Source of the DNA: Bacteroidota bacterium
GTDB lineage: Bacteria; Bacteroidota; Ignavibacteria; UBA10030; UBA6906
Assembly (NCBI GenBank): GCA_019637975.1
Contig: JAHBUR010000004.1
Span: forward strand, 32,209 to 96,208
DNA: 64,000 nucleotides
Direction of reading: 5' to 3'
The position numbers and the translations under genes are program-made. Positions 28,100-37,457 of this stretch are shown here, piece after piece; the first letter of the stretch is position 1; each line of letters starts with the position of its first letter. The notes under the pieces were generated by a model. That model worked only from the letters and a program-made list of their open reading frames with translations. It was not told where the DNA came from and ran no database searches.

Positions 28100-28545
28100 C
28101 GGGGCGTGTGTACACGCGGCTCTCGAAACACACCCCCCGCCTCCGTTTCACTTCGGCGCGGCAGGCCTCCGTCTCCCCTCTCGCAAACGCTCACGCCAAC
28201 ACACAGAGGGGAGTGTGTTCACCGGATTTTCTTTACCGCGCTCAATCCCATTCCCCTCTTGCCTGCCCGCCGTCTTTGTGGCGGGAGAGGGCTTGCCCCG
28301 ACGGAGCGCTTTTGGCGCAGTCGGGGTGTCCCGACGAAGCACGCTTTTGCGTAGTCGGACGGGGTGTGACAATCGCATCTCAGATTCAGCGCTCAACAAC
28401 TACTCCCCTCTTTGTGCTGGCATGTGTGCTGGGGAGAGGGCTTGCCCCGACGGAGCCGCTTTTTGGCGCAGTCGGGGTGTCCCGATGATCCCGACTTGTC
28501 GGGAGAATCGGGACGGGGTGTGTTCCGCGCCCACTTGCAGCAATC
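28100..28545. repeat. hairpin-rich region with two ~100-bp direct repeat units (CCCGAC/GTCGGG stems)
   Basis: Units at ~28290 and ~28433 share ggagagggcttgccccgacggagc(c)gcttttggcgcagtcggggtgtcccga... Perfect palindrome gtcggggtgtcccgac. A ctcccctct...agaggggag hairpin at ~28160. Confidence 0.6.
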
Positions 28546-28685
28546 AACCCACCGGGGATTGGCAATCAGGACAACAAGAAGAAAAAAGTCCCACGAGCAG
28601 CCCCGGCAAAACCGATTTGGCGGTCTGTAACGGCGCAGGGAGTGTCGTATTTGCCGTGACAGCCGAGAGTAAGCAGTACGTTTCT

Positions 28686-29138
28686 TCAGGGTTGGCGTGA
28701 GCGTTTTGTCTTTGATTCTGCGTGCCCCAGCACTTCACGGCATAGCTGGACAAATTCTGCCAGGCTGAGATCACTCTTTGCATCGTTCACGCGCCATGAG
28801 CAGATCCTAAAGTTCGGTGCATCCATACCATCGTCCACGTGATCGACGGTTGGCAGGTCGCCAAAGTTCTTCTTATACGCTCTTCCGCCAGCTTGAGCTG
28901 CATCATTATCGTAACGGGAAATGAGTTCCCATTTGAGTGGAAGACCAGTGTACGCATCCACACCATTGCTCGCTGTGACAGCTGCGTGAATGGCTTTCTT
29001 GTAACTCCCAACCTTTGCAGTAGTATTCCCGCGCTTTCTGTCCCGGCGGACATGGGCATTCGCTTTTGCATGCAACCATTTCTGGTATACACGCTCGGAG
29101 CACTTGCCATGAAGAAAGAAAGGTAAGGTGTACTTCAT
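28686..29138 (-). CDS. small HNH-like endonuclease candidate (150 aa)
   Basis: TVDHVDDGMDAPNFRICSWRVNDAKSDL fits a degenerate HNH pattern (D-H...N-x3-C...N-xx-K). Last gene of the cluster headed by the PtuA-like ATPase. Confidence 0.35.
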   Translation of the reverse strand: MKYTLPFFLHGKCSERVYQKWLHAKANAHVRRDRKRGNTTAKVGSYKKAIHAAVTASNGVDAYTGLPLKWELISRYDNDAAQAGGRAYKKNFGDLPTVDHVDDGMDAPNFRICSWRVNDAKSDLSLAEFVQLCREVLGHAESKTKRSRQP

Positions 29139-30061
29139 GAGCTCTCCTTGGTGCCGACAACGATACTTTCATCAACGAGTTCAAAGGGTGATGTCTCACG
29201 TTGGTAGTTAGCCCAATGAGAACGGTACTGAGTCTGCTCAAGCAAGTGCATGTCAACGTTGTCCCCATCAGGGCCTTCATCCAGCCCCCATTCGACCAGA
29301 ACACCTCCAAGATTTGTCAAGATAAACCTTGGATGCATTCTTTTTCCTCCCGCACCTTGTTCCCAAGCTTCAAACCTCTTCCAACGAACGAAATTGACGC
29401 TGAGAACTTTTGGAATAATATTCCCCAAGAGCTGGGTGCACCCCTTTGAAAACTTCGCCTTGTCCAGATTGCCCGAAGCAAGCAGGTGATATTCGATTCT
29501 CGTCTTTTGAACAGTGCCGCGAGCAACTTTGCCGAGGAACAACTCAAGGGGTCTTCGAAATCTCTCCTCGGCTGCGTCGAAGTGTGCATCAACGAAGAGA
29601 ATCTCAGTACTCATCTGAAGCAAACGACCGATTGCAGCTGCCATCGGCTCTGCTTTCCGTTGTACATTCCGCTGGCGGGGCGTGTTCCACAGCGGCGTCT
29701 CTTCCGATAGATCCTTCGCTATGAGAATATTCGGATGGCTTCGTGGGTTCTGATAGGAAACAATAGCATGAAACGGTTCCGCTTTGTGTGCCTGCTCTGC
29801 ATTTGCCAACCAATCAAGAGTTTCCGAGTAGTGACGATCGGTCTTGCAGAGCCGGTCGCCTATTGTGTGGAGCCTTTCTTCGATTCGTTTGAGTTCGATT
29901 TCCTTGCAGGCCTTTTTGCATGCCCGATAGACTACACGTTTCCATTTCTCGGGGTACTCGGCGATAATACGGCCATTGTGGACACCGCAATGGTCGACAA
30001 CGTAGCGGAAGTCTTGCCAGTTACTGATGGAGGCCGGCTCGATTGCATATTCGAATACCAT
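29135..30061 (-). CDS. hypothetical protein (middle gene of the AAA-ATPase cluster)
   Basis: 308-324 aa depending on the start. The MVFEY start at 30061 abuts the stop of the upstream ATPase gene. The Cys/His-rich segment DHCGVHNGRII...YRACKKACKE might bind zinc. Confidence 0.5.
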   Translation of the reverse strand: MVFEYAIEPASISNWQDFRYVVDHCGVHNGRIIAEYPEKWKRVVYRACKKACKEIELKRIEERLHTIGDRLCKTDRHYSETLDWLANAEQAHKAEPFHAIVSYQNPRSHPNILIAKDLSEETPLWNTPRQRNVQRKAEPMAAAIGRLLQMSTEILFVDAHFDAAEERFRRPLELFLGKVARGTVQKTRIEYHLLASGNLDKAKFSKGCTQLLGNIIPKVLSVNFVRWKRFEAWEQGAGGKRMHPRFILTNLGGVLVEWGLDEGPDGDNVDMHLLEQTQYRSHWANYQRETSPFELVDESIVVGTKESS

Positions 30062-30063
30062 GG

Positions 30064-31767
30064 CTAGAACAGCTCCTCCGCCCGCTCTGCGAAGAAACCG
30101 CCGGGCCATTTCTGTACGAAGTCTCCCTCCGGCGTGATATCTAATGGAATCACCGCAGAACCATTGGCTCCGGGCTGAACATAAAGAACCTGAACATCAT
30201 TCGGGGTTATGTCGGGAACTTTTTTCTCGGAGCTTTCCCTGATCCTTCGCAGAATCCTCAGTATCAAATGCTCACTATGCGTCTCCAAGATAAACGTGTT
30301 CTTCCGTTCACCCAAAGCAGACTCAATGAACACATCGCCGAGTTCGGCTTGCAAGGCCGGGTGAAGATGAATTTCCGGCTGTTCGATGGCAATAGTCTTC
30401 TTCTCATTTGCAAACGCATAAACGAGAACTGGCAATGCTTGGCTTATACCTATTCCCACGTCACGATGGCTGACGGGTGTGTCTGTGCGCAGGTCAATCA
30501 ACACGAGGTCTCTGATTTGGTCGGGTGATGTTTGAGCAAGTTTTCTTGCCAACTCTTGTCCTCGCGAAGGCTCACGAAAGAATGCTTCAATTTCTTCTTT
30601 CGTGGCCTTTTTCATTTCCACTTGAGAGAGATCGATTCTCTCAAGCAGACGGTCATTGTACTCGTCAAACATCGCATCGAGTTCTTCAGAGAGGTAGGTA
30701 TCAGCGATGAGATCTCTCACGACAAGGGCGTAGGGGGTTGAGAGACGGTCGGGGCCAAGCCAATTGTTGACCATGTTGCGAACTTCAAAATTGCGACGAA
30801 CAATGTCCCAAGCGTATCCTCCGCCGGCTTGCCAGTTGGCATCGAGTTCCTTGGAGAAGGCAAGATGTCGCTCCGGATAGGAACGTAACGGCCCGAGGTA
30901 AACGATAGACGAAAGCCAGGATTCGAGCTCTTTTGTAGAAGACAACACCATATCTGAGAGCTTGCCCGGAAGGAACAGATCGATTGCCGCATTGATATCG
31001 TCTGTACGCGTACTGCGCCCAACTGGAATTATTCTGTCGGGGCCTTCCTCCGGTCCCTCCCCGGCAAACCCCAGTTGGGCAGGAAGTATCCCTTTGAAGA
31101 AGACGCCGGCGCTTGCCATGAACTCAACAAGATGGGCCTGCACTTGCTTCACGTCATGATCACTTGTCACAGTTACCGTAGTTGACATAAGAACAAGTGC
31201 TTGTATCAACTCCACTATCAATGGATGCGAAGCGATGAGGTTAAGTTTGTACATGCCATTCTTCGGACTGCTGACTTGCGCAATATCCTTGCCGTCGACT
31301 GCAATTGAAAAGGATTCCACGCGCGGAATACCGACCGGCACAAGGTTTCCCGTTGGAACTCTGATCGTTACAGGTTTTCCTGTACGTGGATCCGTGGATT
31401 CCTTTTCCACCATTTCTTCCTTGTGCTCCAAACCAATCAATATCTCGAATCGTATTGTGGAACCCGCGTGAAAGACGGAGAACGATTCGGGGGCAATCAT
31501 CTCAAAACAGAGTGAGAGTCGCCTCATTGAATCAGTTCTATGGATGTACTGTCTGAAACCTCCCAGATCGACGGCATCACCGCCTACCTGCGTGTGGCTG
31601 ATATCAAGCTTTCCAGTCTTGGTTGCTTCATTTGCCAGAAGCAGGGAGTGGATAATACTCGACTTTCCCGAACTGTTCGCCCCAAAAATAAGCGTGAGCG
31701 GACGAATGGGGATGGTCTGCGTTTCTGCAAACGCTTTGAAGTTGCCGAGGCGGAGGGATTTGATCAT
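30064..31767 (-). CDS. ABC/SMC-like AAA_15/AAA_21 ATPase with a DUF3696-like C-terminus (PtuA-like, Septu-type)
   Basis: Walker A LTLIFGANSSGKSSI. Walker B/D-loop KKTIAIEQPEIHLHPALQ. H-loop ILETHSEHL. C-terminal PNDVQVLYVQPG...AVIPLDITPEGDFVQKWPGGFF, as I recall for DUF3696. Confidence 0.6.
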   Translation of the reverse strand: MIKSLRLGNFKAFAETQTIPIRPLTLIFGANSSGKSSIIHSLLLANEATKTGKLDISHTQVGGDAVDLGGFRQYIHRTDSMRRLSLCFEMIAPESFSVFHAGSTIRFEILIGLEHKEEMVEKESTDPRTGKPVTIRVPTGNLVPVGIPRVESFSIAVDGKDIAQVSSPKNGMYKLNLIASHPLIVELIQALVLMSTTVTVTSDHDVKQVQAHLVEFMASAGVFFKGILPAQLGFAGEGPEEGPDRIIPVGRSTRTDDINAAIDLFLPGKLSDMVLSSTKELESWLSSIVYLGPLRSYPERHLAFSKELDANWQAGGGYAWDIVRRNFEVRNMVNNWLGPDRLSTPYALVVRDLIADTYLSEELDAMFDEYNDRLLERIDLSQVEMKKATKEEIEAFFREPSRGQELARKLAQTSPDQIRDLVLIDLRTDTPVSHRDVGIGISQALPVLVYAFANEKKTIAIEQPEIHLHPALQAELGDVFIESALGERKNTFILETHSEHLILRILRRIRESSEKKVPDITPNDVQVLYVQPGANGSAVIPLDITPEGDFVQKWPGGFFAERAEELF

Positions 31768-31818
31768 TGCGGATTGCGGATTATGGATTTCGGATTGTGG
31801 TTGTTGGGTTCTGTGGTT

Positions 31819-31866
31819 TCGACCTCACCCCCGTCCCCTCTCCTCGGAGGAGAGGGGTGGGTTGTG
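31819..31866. repeat. GC-rich compound palindrome (REP/MITE-like; CGACCTC-CCCC family)
   Basis: cgacctcacccccgtcccctctcctcggaggagaggggtgggttgtg. The inner CCCCTCTCCT/AGGAGAGGGG stem is perfect. Confidence 0.6.
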
Positions 31867-31910
31867 CTCAGTTATTCTGCCCCTGAAGGCAGTACACATT
31901 CGTTTCATGT

Positions 31911-31997
31911 CGAACTCATCCCCCGCCCCCTTCTCTTTCAAAGAGAAGGGGAGGTTTGTGCGCGGATTCGATAAGTCCCTCTCTTCACAAGAGAGGG
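31911..31997. repeat. two further GC-rich palindromic elements of the same family
   Basis: cgaactcatcccccgcccccttctctttcaaagagaagggggaggtttgtg and ccctctcttcacaagagaggg. A half copy, cgaactcatcccccgcccccttctctt, lies at 32511..32537. Confidence 0.6.
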
Positions 31998-32042
31998 ATT
32001 TAGGGTGAGTTCCATCGGGTGTGAGTTGATTCAAGAAACACC

Positions 32043-32495
32043 TCAATTATTCTGCCCCGGCAACCCCTTGGGATAGAGCAGCACAACATCCGGCGTTTGC
32101 GGGGTCTGTTTGATTTTCCGTTCAGCATCTTTTCTGTCACGTGCTATTGCTGCTTCGATTTTCTTTCTCAACTCAGGATGCGCGTCCAAACTCTCGTTGC
32201 GTTCTTCAAGCTTCTCCATTACTGCCCAATACGTTTTGTTGTAGTGAGGATAGCATTTCTCCTCAAGCTCCAGCGAGAGTTGCTCGCCTAACTTCGGACC
32301 CTCATTGTCCAACACCCAATGGTTCTCAATATCTGCACGGAGCGTGACGAGGACCGGCGACCTGAGCCTGATGATGAGCTTGCGTGAGATAGGGCCGACT
32401 TCATCAAAGAGCCACGCGGCTTCATCTTTGTTCTTTGCGCTGCAAACGCTGACCGTTCCGTCAGCCCAGCGGTAGGCGTAGGTGGGCATGGGCAA
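32043..32495 (-). CDS. hypothetical protein (150 aa)
   Basis: ORF flanked on both sides by cgaactcatcccccgcccccttctctt elements. Confidence 0.45.
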   Translation of the reverse strand: MPMPTYAYRWADGTVSVCSAKNKDEAAWLFDEVGPISRKLIIRLRSPVLVTLRADIENHWVLDNEGPKLGEQLSLELEEKCYPHYNKTYWAVMEKLEERNESLDAHPELRKKIEAAIARDRKDAERKIKQTPQTPDVVLLYPKGLPGQNN

Positions 32496-32558
32496 CCTCT
32501 CACTTTTTGTTATCCTCTTCCGAACTCATCCCCCGCCCCCTTCTCTTAGACTCAATGA

Positions 32559-34553
32559 CTACTCAGAAACATGAAAGAACCGTCTGAGAAGTGATTCTAT
32601 CCGAAATTCGACAGCGTTCTGCCATTGCTTTACGTACCATCCCCAAACAAGCCCAGCGACGCCAGATACCCAAACAATGCCGCCAATGATTCGGGCCCAT
32701 ATTCCCGTGATTATCGTCCCAATCATAAAAGGACACACTAGCAGGACAACAATCGAAAAGATGAAAAAGACTTTGCCGACTATTAGAGCAATTGTCTTGG
32801 CACGTCCGCGTAGGGCGAGCATGAGTTCTCGTTGCCTAGTTTCGGATTCTTCTAGACGAACTTGAACTTGTGTCTTCTCAGCGTGGACCGCCGCAATTTC
32901 CTGTGAAGCTTCACCTCTTATTTTCTCAATTTTCGCTTCCGCTTCACTTGCATATGATTCCTTTACACGGTTGACAACCTCTGTTAGAGTAGTCGAATCA
33001 GGCTCGACATCTTCATCAAATTGGGAAAGAAGATTCTCCGTTAATTCGCTTGCAATTACCGCGACCATTTCATCATCGTTGATTCGGTTTTCCGTGCGCA
33101 TGTTTTGTAGATGCTTGACAAACAAATCCCACGTTCTTTGCGATGGCACCAGAGCTGCAGAGCATAACGCAATTAGTTCATTGAGCTTGAGGTCTGCAAT
33201 CGCAGTAGGTTTTTTAAGCCAGGCTATGCTTGAAAGAGCCGAACTGTGAATAACTGGGTAAACACCGATTTGGCCTTGACCCCTGAACCATTCTTTTACA
33301 TTCTTAACTAATAGCCCAGTAGTTGTTACAAATACCGCCTTTGCTGAGTCGTATGATTGTGGATGACGCCCCTTCCGCACTGTGAGCACAGACGCAACAC
33401 AATCTACATCGTGAACTACCCGTGGTTCGGTGTCACTTTCTGCTGGGCGTTTCAATCTTCGTGTTAGGTCAGCCTCATCAAGAGTGAATTTGTCAATATG
33501 GTCCGGCACTGGCACTATTCGAAACCCCAAGTCTCGAAGGTGTGAACGAAGCATCGCTGACTCTTCACGTACATCGCTGGGCGAGTAGCGTCGAGCAAGA
33601 AGGTGCCTTGTAATCGGATAAGCGCGAAGTGTTTCAATTCCTTTCTGGGTTGCCAAATGGCGCTCATACACATGAAGAATTCTCCTGATTTCCTCCACCG
33701 TCGTATCGAAGACTGCCAAAGAAACGTTGGTAACTTTTAGTAAATCTAGGGATTCTCTTGCGGCCACTTTTGCTGCGTCGCCTGTAAGTCCCAATGCATT
33801 AAGTAGAAACGCCGTATCAAAATATGCGGTCAGATCTTTGAATCTGCTTTGCGCTGTTGATATGTCCTTGAGTAGTAAGGCATTTTGAAGGACATATCCT
33901 TCAAGCACGCGTCGAACAATCCGCCGCAATTCTTGATTTGCAAGGCACTCAGCCAGTACGAACCTAGCTACGATCCTCAATTCTTTCGTCCCTAGTGAAC
34001 GAAATTGGTCTTGGAAGACTGGGCCGCCGCCCTCATCTGTGGAGGGATCAAGTAGTAATTCTACGTGAAATTGTGAGATGAATTCGAAGAGAAGAGCGAG
34101 TGCATCGTCCTCGTTTTGCAACTTTAAGTTGTGTTGTTGCGCATGATGCATGAGAGCTTTTGCGATGACTGCATGCTCGGTTTGAATTTCACTCAACCGT
34201 TTGCTAATATCAGGCGTCGTTGTTCGTGATACTTTATCACGAAAGTAACGACCACCTTCTCGTCGGACAAGCTTGCGTTTGCTAGCCCGTGTCAAAAGCA
34301 TTTGCATCGACGTAGTCGGAATTTTCAGACCGTAACGTTCAGTCAGTAGGTTTCTCATGTCTTGCGCTGAAAAGTCATCATACGGAAAGCATATTATGCA
34401 ATCGGCGACGAATGGAAGAAGCATATCGAGGTGATCTATCCCCGAGTCATAGTTTGCCTTCAGCAATGCAAGAGTGGCCAAGCCTTTGGCAAGTTTGTGT
34501 GATGACAGCACAGACACTGAAGCGTTTTTCATGTTTCCTGCAACTCCTCTCAA
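32559..34553 (-). CDS. hypothetical 657-664-aa protein with a C-terminal transmembrane anchor, encoded directly downstream of hsdS
   Basis: Large, mostly helical ORF with a C-terminal hydrophobic stretch (IALIVGKVFFIFSIVVLLVCPFMIGTIITGIWARIIGGIVWVSGVAGLVWGW). An alternative start is at 34532. Confidence 0.55.
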   Translation of the reverse strand: MRGVAGNMKNASVSVLSSHKLAKGLATLALLKANYDSGIDHLDMLLPFVADCIICFPYDDFSAQDMRNLLTERYGLKIPTTSMQMLLTRASKRKLVRREGGRYFRDKVSRTTTPDISKRLSEIQTEHAVIAKALMHHAQQHNLKLQNEDDALALLFEFISQFHVELLLDPSTDEGGGPVFQDQFRSLGTKELRIVARFVLAECLANQELRRIVRRVLEGYVLQNALLLKDISTAQSRFKDLTAYFDTAFLLNALGLTGDAAKVAARESLDLLKVTNVSLAVFDTTVEEIRRILHVYERHLATQKGIETLRAYPITRHLLARRYSPSDVREESAMLRSHLRDLGFRIVPVPDHIDKFTLDEADLTRRLKRPAESDTEPRVVHDVDCVASVLTVRKGRHPQSYDSAKAVFVTTTGLLVKNVKEWFRGQGQIGVYPVIHSSALSSIAWLKKPTAIADLKLNELIALCSAALVPSQRTWDLFVKHLQNMRTENRINDDEMVAVIASELTENLLSQFDEDVEPDSTTLTEVVNRVKESYASEAEAKIEKIRGEASQEIAAVHAEKTQVQVRLEESETRQRELMLALRGRAKTIALIVGKVFFIFSIVVLLVCPFMIGTIITGIWARIIGGIVWVSGVAGLVWGWYVKQWQNAVEFRIESLLRRFFHVSE

Positions 34554-34560
34554 GAAGTCC

Positions 34561-35706
34561 TTAGAAATTTCGTGTTTCCCTCCACCCCTTCGTCAACTCC
34601 CCCGTGAAGGCGCGGTGAAGCAGCACCGAAAACAACTTTTCCAGATTGTCTTTCGCTTCCGTCCTCGTGTACGCTTGCTCTTCAAGCATCTCCACTTGTT
34701 CCCCAAACTCCTTTTGTTTGTCAATCGACGGGACAAGAATTTCAATCGGGTAGATGCGGCTGCCCGAAATCAGTGGCTGGCCCGCACGACCGGCGTACTG
34801 GTTCAGGTTGGCCATTCTCAGCGCTTCAGTCAAGTATCTGTCGAGTAGCTCTTCGCTTTTCTCGGCAACATAGAGTGCATTATCTGTAACCCAGCATTTG
34901 GGCTTTGAGTAATACACCGCGCCGCAATAAACACCAACTCGACCGATAACGACGACAGGATTTTCGAACATAAACTCTGTATGATAGCCGTTGATACCAT
35001 TCCCGCCGTATACGGGGTAGCCTTCTGTTGGATGAAGACTTTTGACTGCGACGCCTTCTCCACTTTTGACTCTGATGAGATCACCCAGTTTCTTCTTAGT
35101 CAACCCCTTCTCATTCCTCACCGGGTCCCCAAACATCTTGTAGAACAGCGCCGGGAGAATCCGCTCGGCGAGTTGGTCTGCTTCGCGGCGGAGTTTGCGC
35201 AGCGCATCCGCCTGGTCGAGTATCTCCACTATCCGCCGCTGCTCGGGGGGCGAGGGGAGGGGAATTTTCAACGATGAATACTCAGTCCCGTTTATATTCG
35301 GCTGCCCAGCAACTCGCTTCTTACTCAGAACCCAATTACTATACGTTGACGACTGAGTGAAGTAGAAGACGTAGCGAGAGTCTGCAAGTGCCGGATTCAC
35401 TCGGAACCTGATCATGTACCCCGCAAAGATACTTCTCCCGTCCTTTGATGAATAGCGATACGACTTTCCTACGGTGTTGCCGCTTCTGGCAAACAACAAA
35501 TCTCCTTCTTCCAATATGAATTCGCTCTCATCATCTATATCCGCCTCTACTGCATCGTCAGGCCGAAGGTTCCCACTTTCGTCAATGTCAGTGATACGTA
35601 TGTATCTCGGCCGCAAACCCGACCAATCAATCGCTTTCGCGTTTGCTCCATATTGGGGGCCTAGAATTGATATTTTTCCAAGCGGAAGAGTCTGCCAGTC
35701 GCTCAT
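34561..35706 (-). CDS. hsdS: Type I restriction-modification specificity subunit
   Basis: Two target-recognition domains separated by the conserved IPLPSPPEQRRIVEILDQADALR spacer motif. The start overlaps the hsdM stop. Confidence 0.85.
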   Translation of the reverse strand: MSDWQTLPLGKISILGPQYGANAKAIDWSGLRPRYIRITDIDESGNLRPDDAVEADIDDESEFILEEGDLLFARSGNTVGKSYRYSSKDGRSIFAGYMIRFRVNPALADSRYVFYFTQSSTYSNWVLSKKRVAGQPNINGTEYSSLKIPLPSPPEQRRIVEILDQADALRKLRREADQLAERILPALFYKMFGDPVRNEKGLTKKKLGDLIRVKSGEGVAVKSLHPTEGYPVYGGNGINGYHTEFMFENPVVVIGRVGVYCGAVYYSKPKCWVTDNALYVAEKSEELLDRYLTEALRMANLNQYAGRAGQPLISGSRIYPIEILVPSIDKQKEFGEQVEMLEEQAYTRTEAKDNLEKLFSVLLHRAFTGELTKGWRETRNF

Positions 35707-37457
35707 TACTCCACATCCTTTAGTAACTTCCGCAAGGCTTCCGTTATTCGCTGTTCAACTCCTATTGTTTCACAAATCAGTTGAGTTGGATCATCAGTCG
35801 GCGCCTTCTCCGCCACCTGAGGCTTGTACCGTCCCGCCGCAAGGTTGTAATCCTCGGCGGCAATCCGCTCAACCGTTGCCCACCAGCATTTGGGTTCTTC
35901 GGTTCCGGCCTCGAGCAGTGTGCCTGCTTCAACTCCGGGTGGCGCGGTGAAGTCGGAGGATTTGTATGTCTTCCATTGCCTGAGCAGGTCGGGAATGTCG
36001 TTCAACTCCGGTGTTTCCACGCGTCCGCCTCCGCTGATCTTGTCGGGGTCGAAGCCGTCGTTTTTGATTTCGTAGAACCAGATTTTGCGTTGGTCGTTCG
36101 ACCTCCCCCCATCCCCCTCCTTCGTAAGGAGGGGGAGTGAGGGGGTGGTCGGCCTCCTAAACACCAGCACCCCCGTCTTCACCCCCGCATACGGCTTGAA
36201 GACTCCCGCCGGAAGAGAGACGATGGCGAGGAGGTTGTATTCTTCAATGAGCTTCCGGCGCAATTCAACGTGCGCGCTTGTCGAGCCGAAGAGGAGTCCT
36301 TCGGGTACCACAACGGCACAGCGGCCGCCGGGGGCAAGGGCTTCCATCATCACGCCCAAGAACAGCAGCTCGCTTTTCTTCGAGTTGGTGGGAAGGTCCT
36401 TGCGGATGGATTCCTTCGGCAGCACACCGGCAAACGGCGGGTTGGAGAGAATCACTTTGTACCTGCGCCGCAGGTCTTCGTCGGAAAGTCCGCCAAGGTC
36501 GGAGAGTGCATTCGCCCGCTTGATGTTTGCCCTCGGCACGCCGTGCAACACCATGTTCATCGTCGCAATGCGCATCATCTGGCGGCTGACATCGTTGCCG
36601 TAGAGTGAGGCCTCGAGCAATTCCCAGTTGGGGACTTTGTCGCCGTTACCCTTGCGGTAAGTCTGGAGCTTGGGTATCTGTTGCTTAAGCTTTTCGATGA
36701 AACCGGGGGGCAATTCAATGTCATCTCCGTTTCCTGCCCGTCCGTTAGGCGGGCAGTTCTTCTTCAATCCCATCTTCTCGCGATACTTGTCCACCATCCA
36801 CTCTTCGCCGTAAATAGGGACTTCAACCGGCTTCTCGGAGTACTTGGCAAGAACGTAATCGAGCGTGTCAATCAGGAAGCCCGCTGTGCCGCATGCCGGA
36901 TCATAGACTGTATCGCCGAAATCGGGCTCCACTAATTCCACCATCATAGCCCGTATCTGGCGCGGTGTGCGGAACTGTCCGTTGAGTGCCGACTGCCCGA
37001 GATGCGTCAGCAGGTACTCGAAGATGTCTCCCTTCTCATCAGGCCCCAACTTGCGGAAGTTGATGCCGTCAATTTCATCAATCACCTGCTTCAGCACGTT
37101 CGGGTCAACGATTTCAAGAACGGCGTCACGGAAGTACTCGGCAATGTGCGGCTCGTCTTTGAGAAGGCTGTTCGCCATATAGTTGAACACCTCATCGCGG
37201 ACGAACTTCACGAGCTTCTCGCCGCTGTTGAAGCGCCACTTGCTCCAGCGGTATCGCTCGGCCTGGTCCGGAAAGAGACGCCTGCCGTTGCCGCCGGCTA
37301 ACCTGCCCTGCAGTTCACGGGAGTTCTCTTCCTCATCCAACAGTTTCAAGTAGATGAGATAGGATATCTGTTCGATGTACGTGACCGGGTTGGTAACTCC
37401 TCCGGCCCACAGGACATCGGTAATGCGATCAAGTTTACGACGGATTTCGGTGTTCAT
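35706..37457 (-). CDS. hsdM: Type I R-M N6-adenine DNA methyltransferase subunit, carrying an in-frame palindromic-element insertion
   Basis: NPPF motif (ILSNPPFAG), SAM-binding DPACGTAGF and a typical HsdM N-terminal domain. The 36099..36152 element encodes TTPSLPLLTKEGDGGRSND. Confidence 0.85.
   Translation of the reverse strand: MNTEIRRKLDRITDVLWAGGVTNPVTYIEQISYLIYLKLLDEEENSRELQGRLAGGNGRRLFPDQAERYRWSKWRFNSGEKLVKFVRDEVFNYMANSLLKDEPHIAEYFRDAVLEIVDPNVLKQVIDEIDGINFRKLGPDEKGDIFEYLLTHLGQSALNGQFRTPRQIRAMMVELVEPDFGDTVYDPACGTAGFLIDTLDYVLAKYSEKPVEVPIYGEEWMVDKYREKMGLKKNCPPNGRAGNGDDIELPPGFIEKLKQQIPKLQTYRKGNGDKVPNWELLEASLYGNDVSRQMMRIATMNMVLHGVPRANIKRANALSDLGGLSDEDLRRRYKVILSNPPFAGVLPKESIRKDLPTNSKKSELLFLGVMMEALAPGGRCAVVVPEGLLFGSTSAHVELRRKLIEEYNLLAIVSLPAGVFKPYAGVKTGVLVFRRPTTPSLPLLTKEGDGGRSNDQRKIWFYEIKNDGFDPDKISGGGRVETPELNDIPDLLRQWKTYKSSDFTAPPGVEAGTLLEAGTEEPKCWWATVERIAAEDYNLAAGRYKPQVAEKAPTDDPTQLICETIGVEQRITEALRKLLKDVE
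36099..36152. repeat. 54-bp GC-rich compound palindrome inserted in-frame in hsdM
   Basis: cgacctccccccatccccctccttcgtaaggagggggagtgagggggtggtcgg; the length is a multiple of 3. Confidence 0.75.

Noticed and set aside
28260-28545. Possible CRISPR array
   Set aside because: There are only two repeat units of about 100 bp, and their spacing is irregular. There is no cas gene nearby. The repeats are themselves hairpin composites rather than 28-37-bp units.
27774-28700. 308-aa plus-strand ORF spanning the repeat-rich intergenic region
   Set aside because: The translation is low-complexity and repeat-derived (SSSS, RR, PPPP runs). It has no RBS and overlaps hairpin/palindrome DNA. It is most likely a non-coding artefact of GC-rich repeats.
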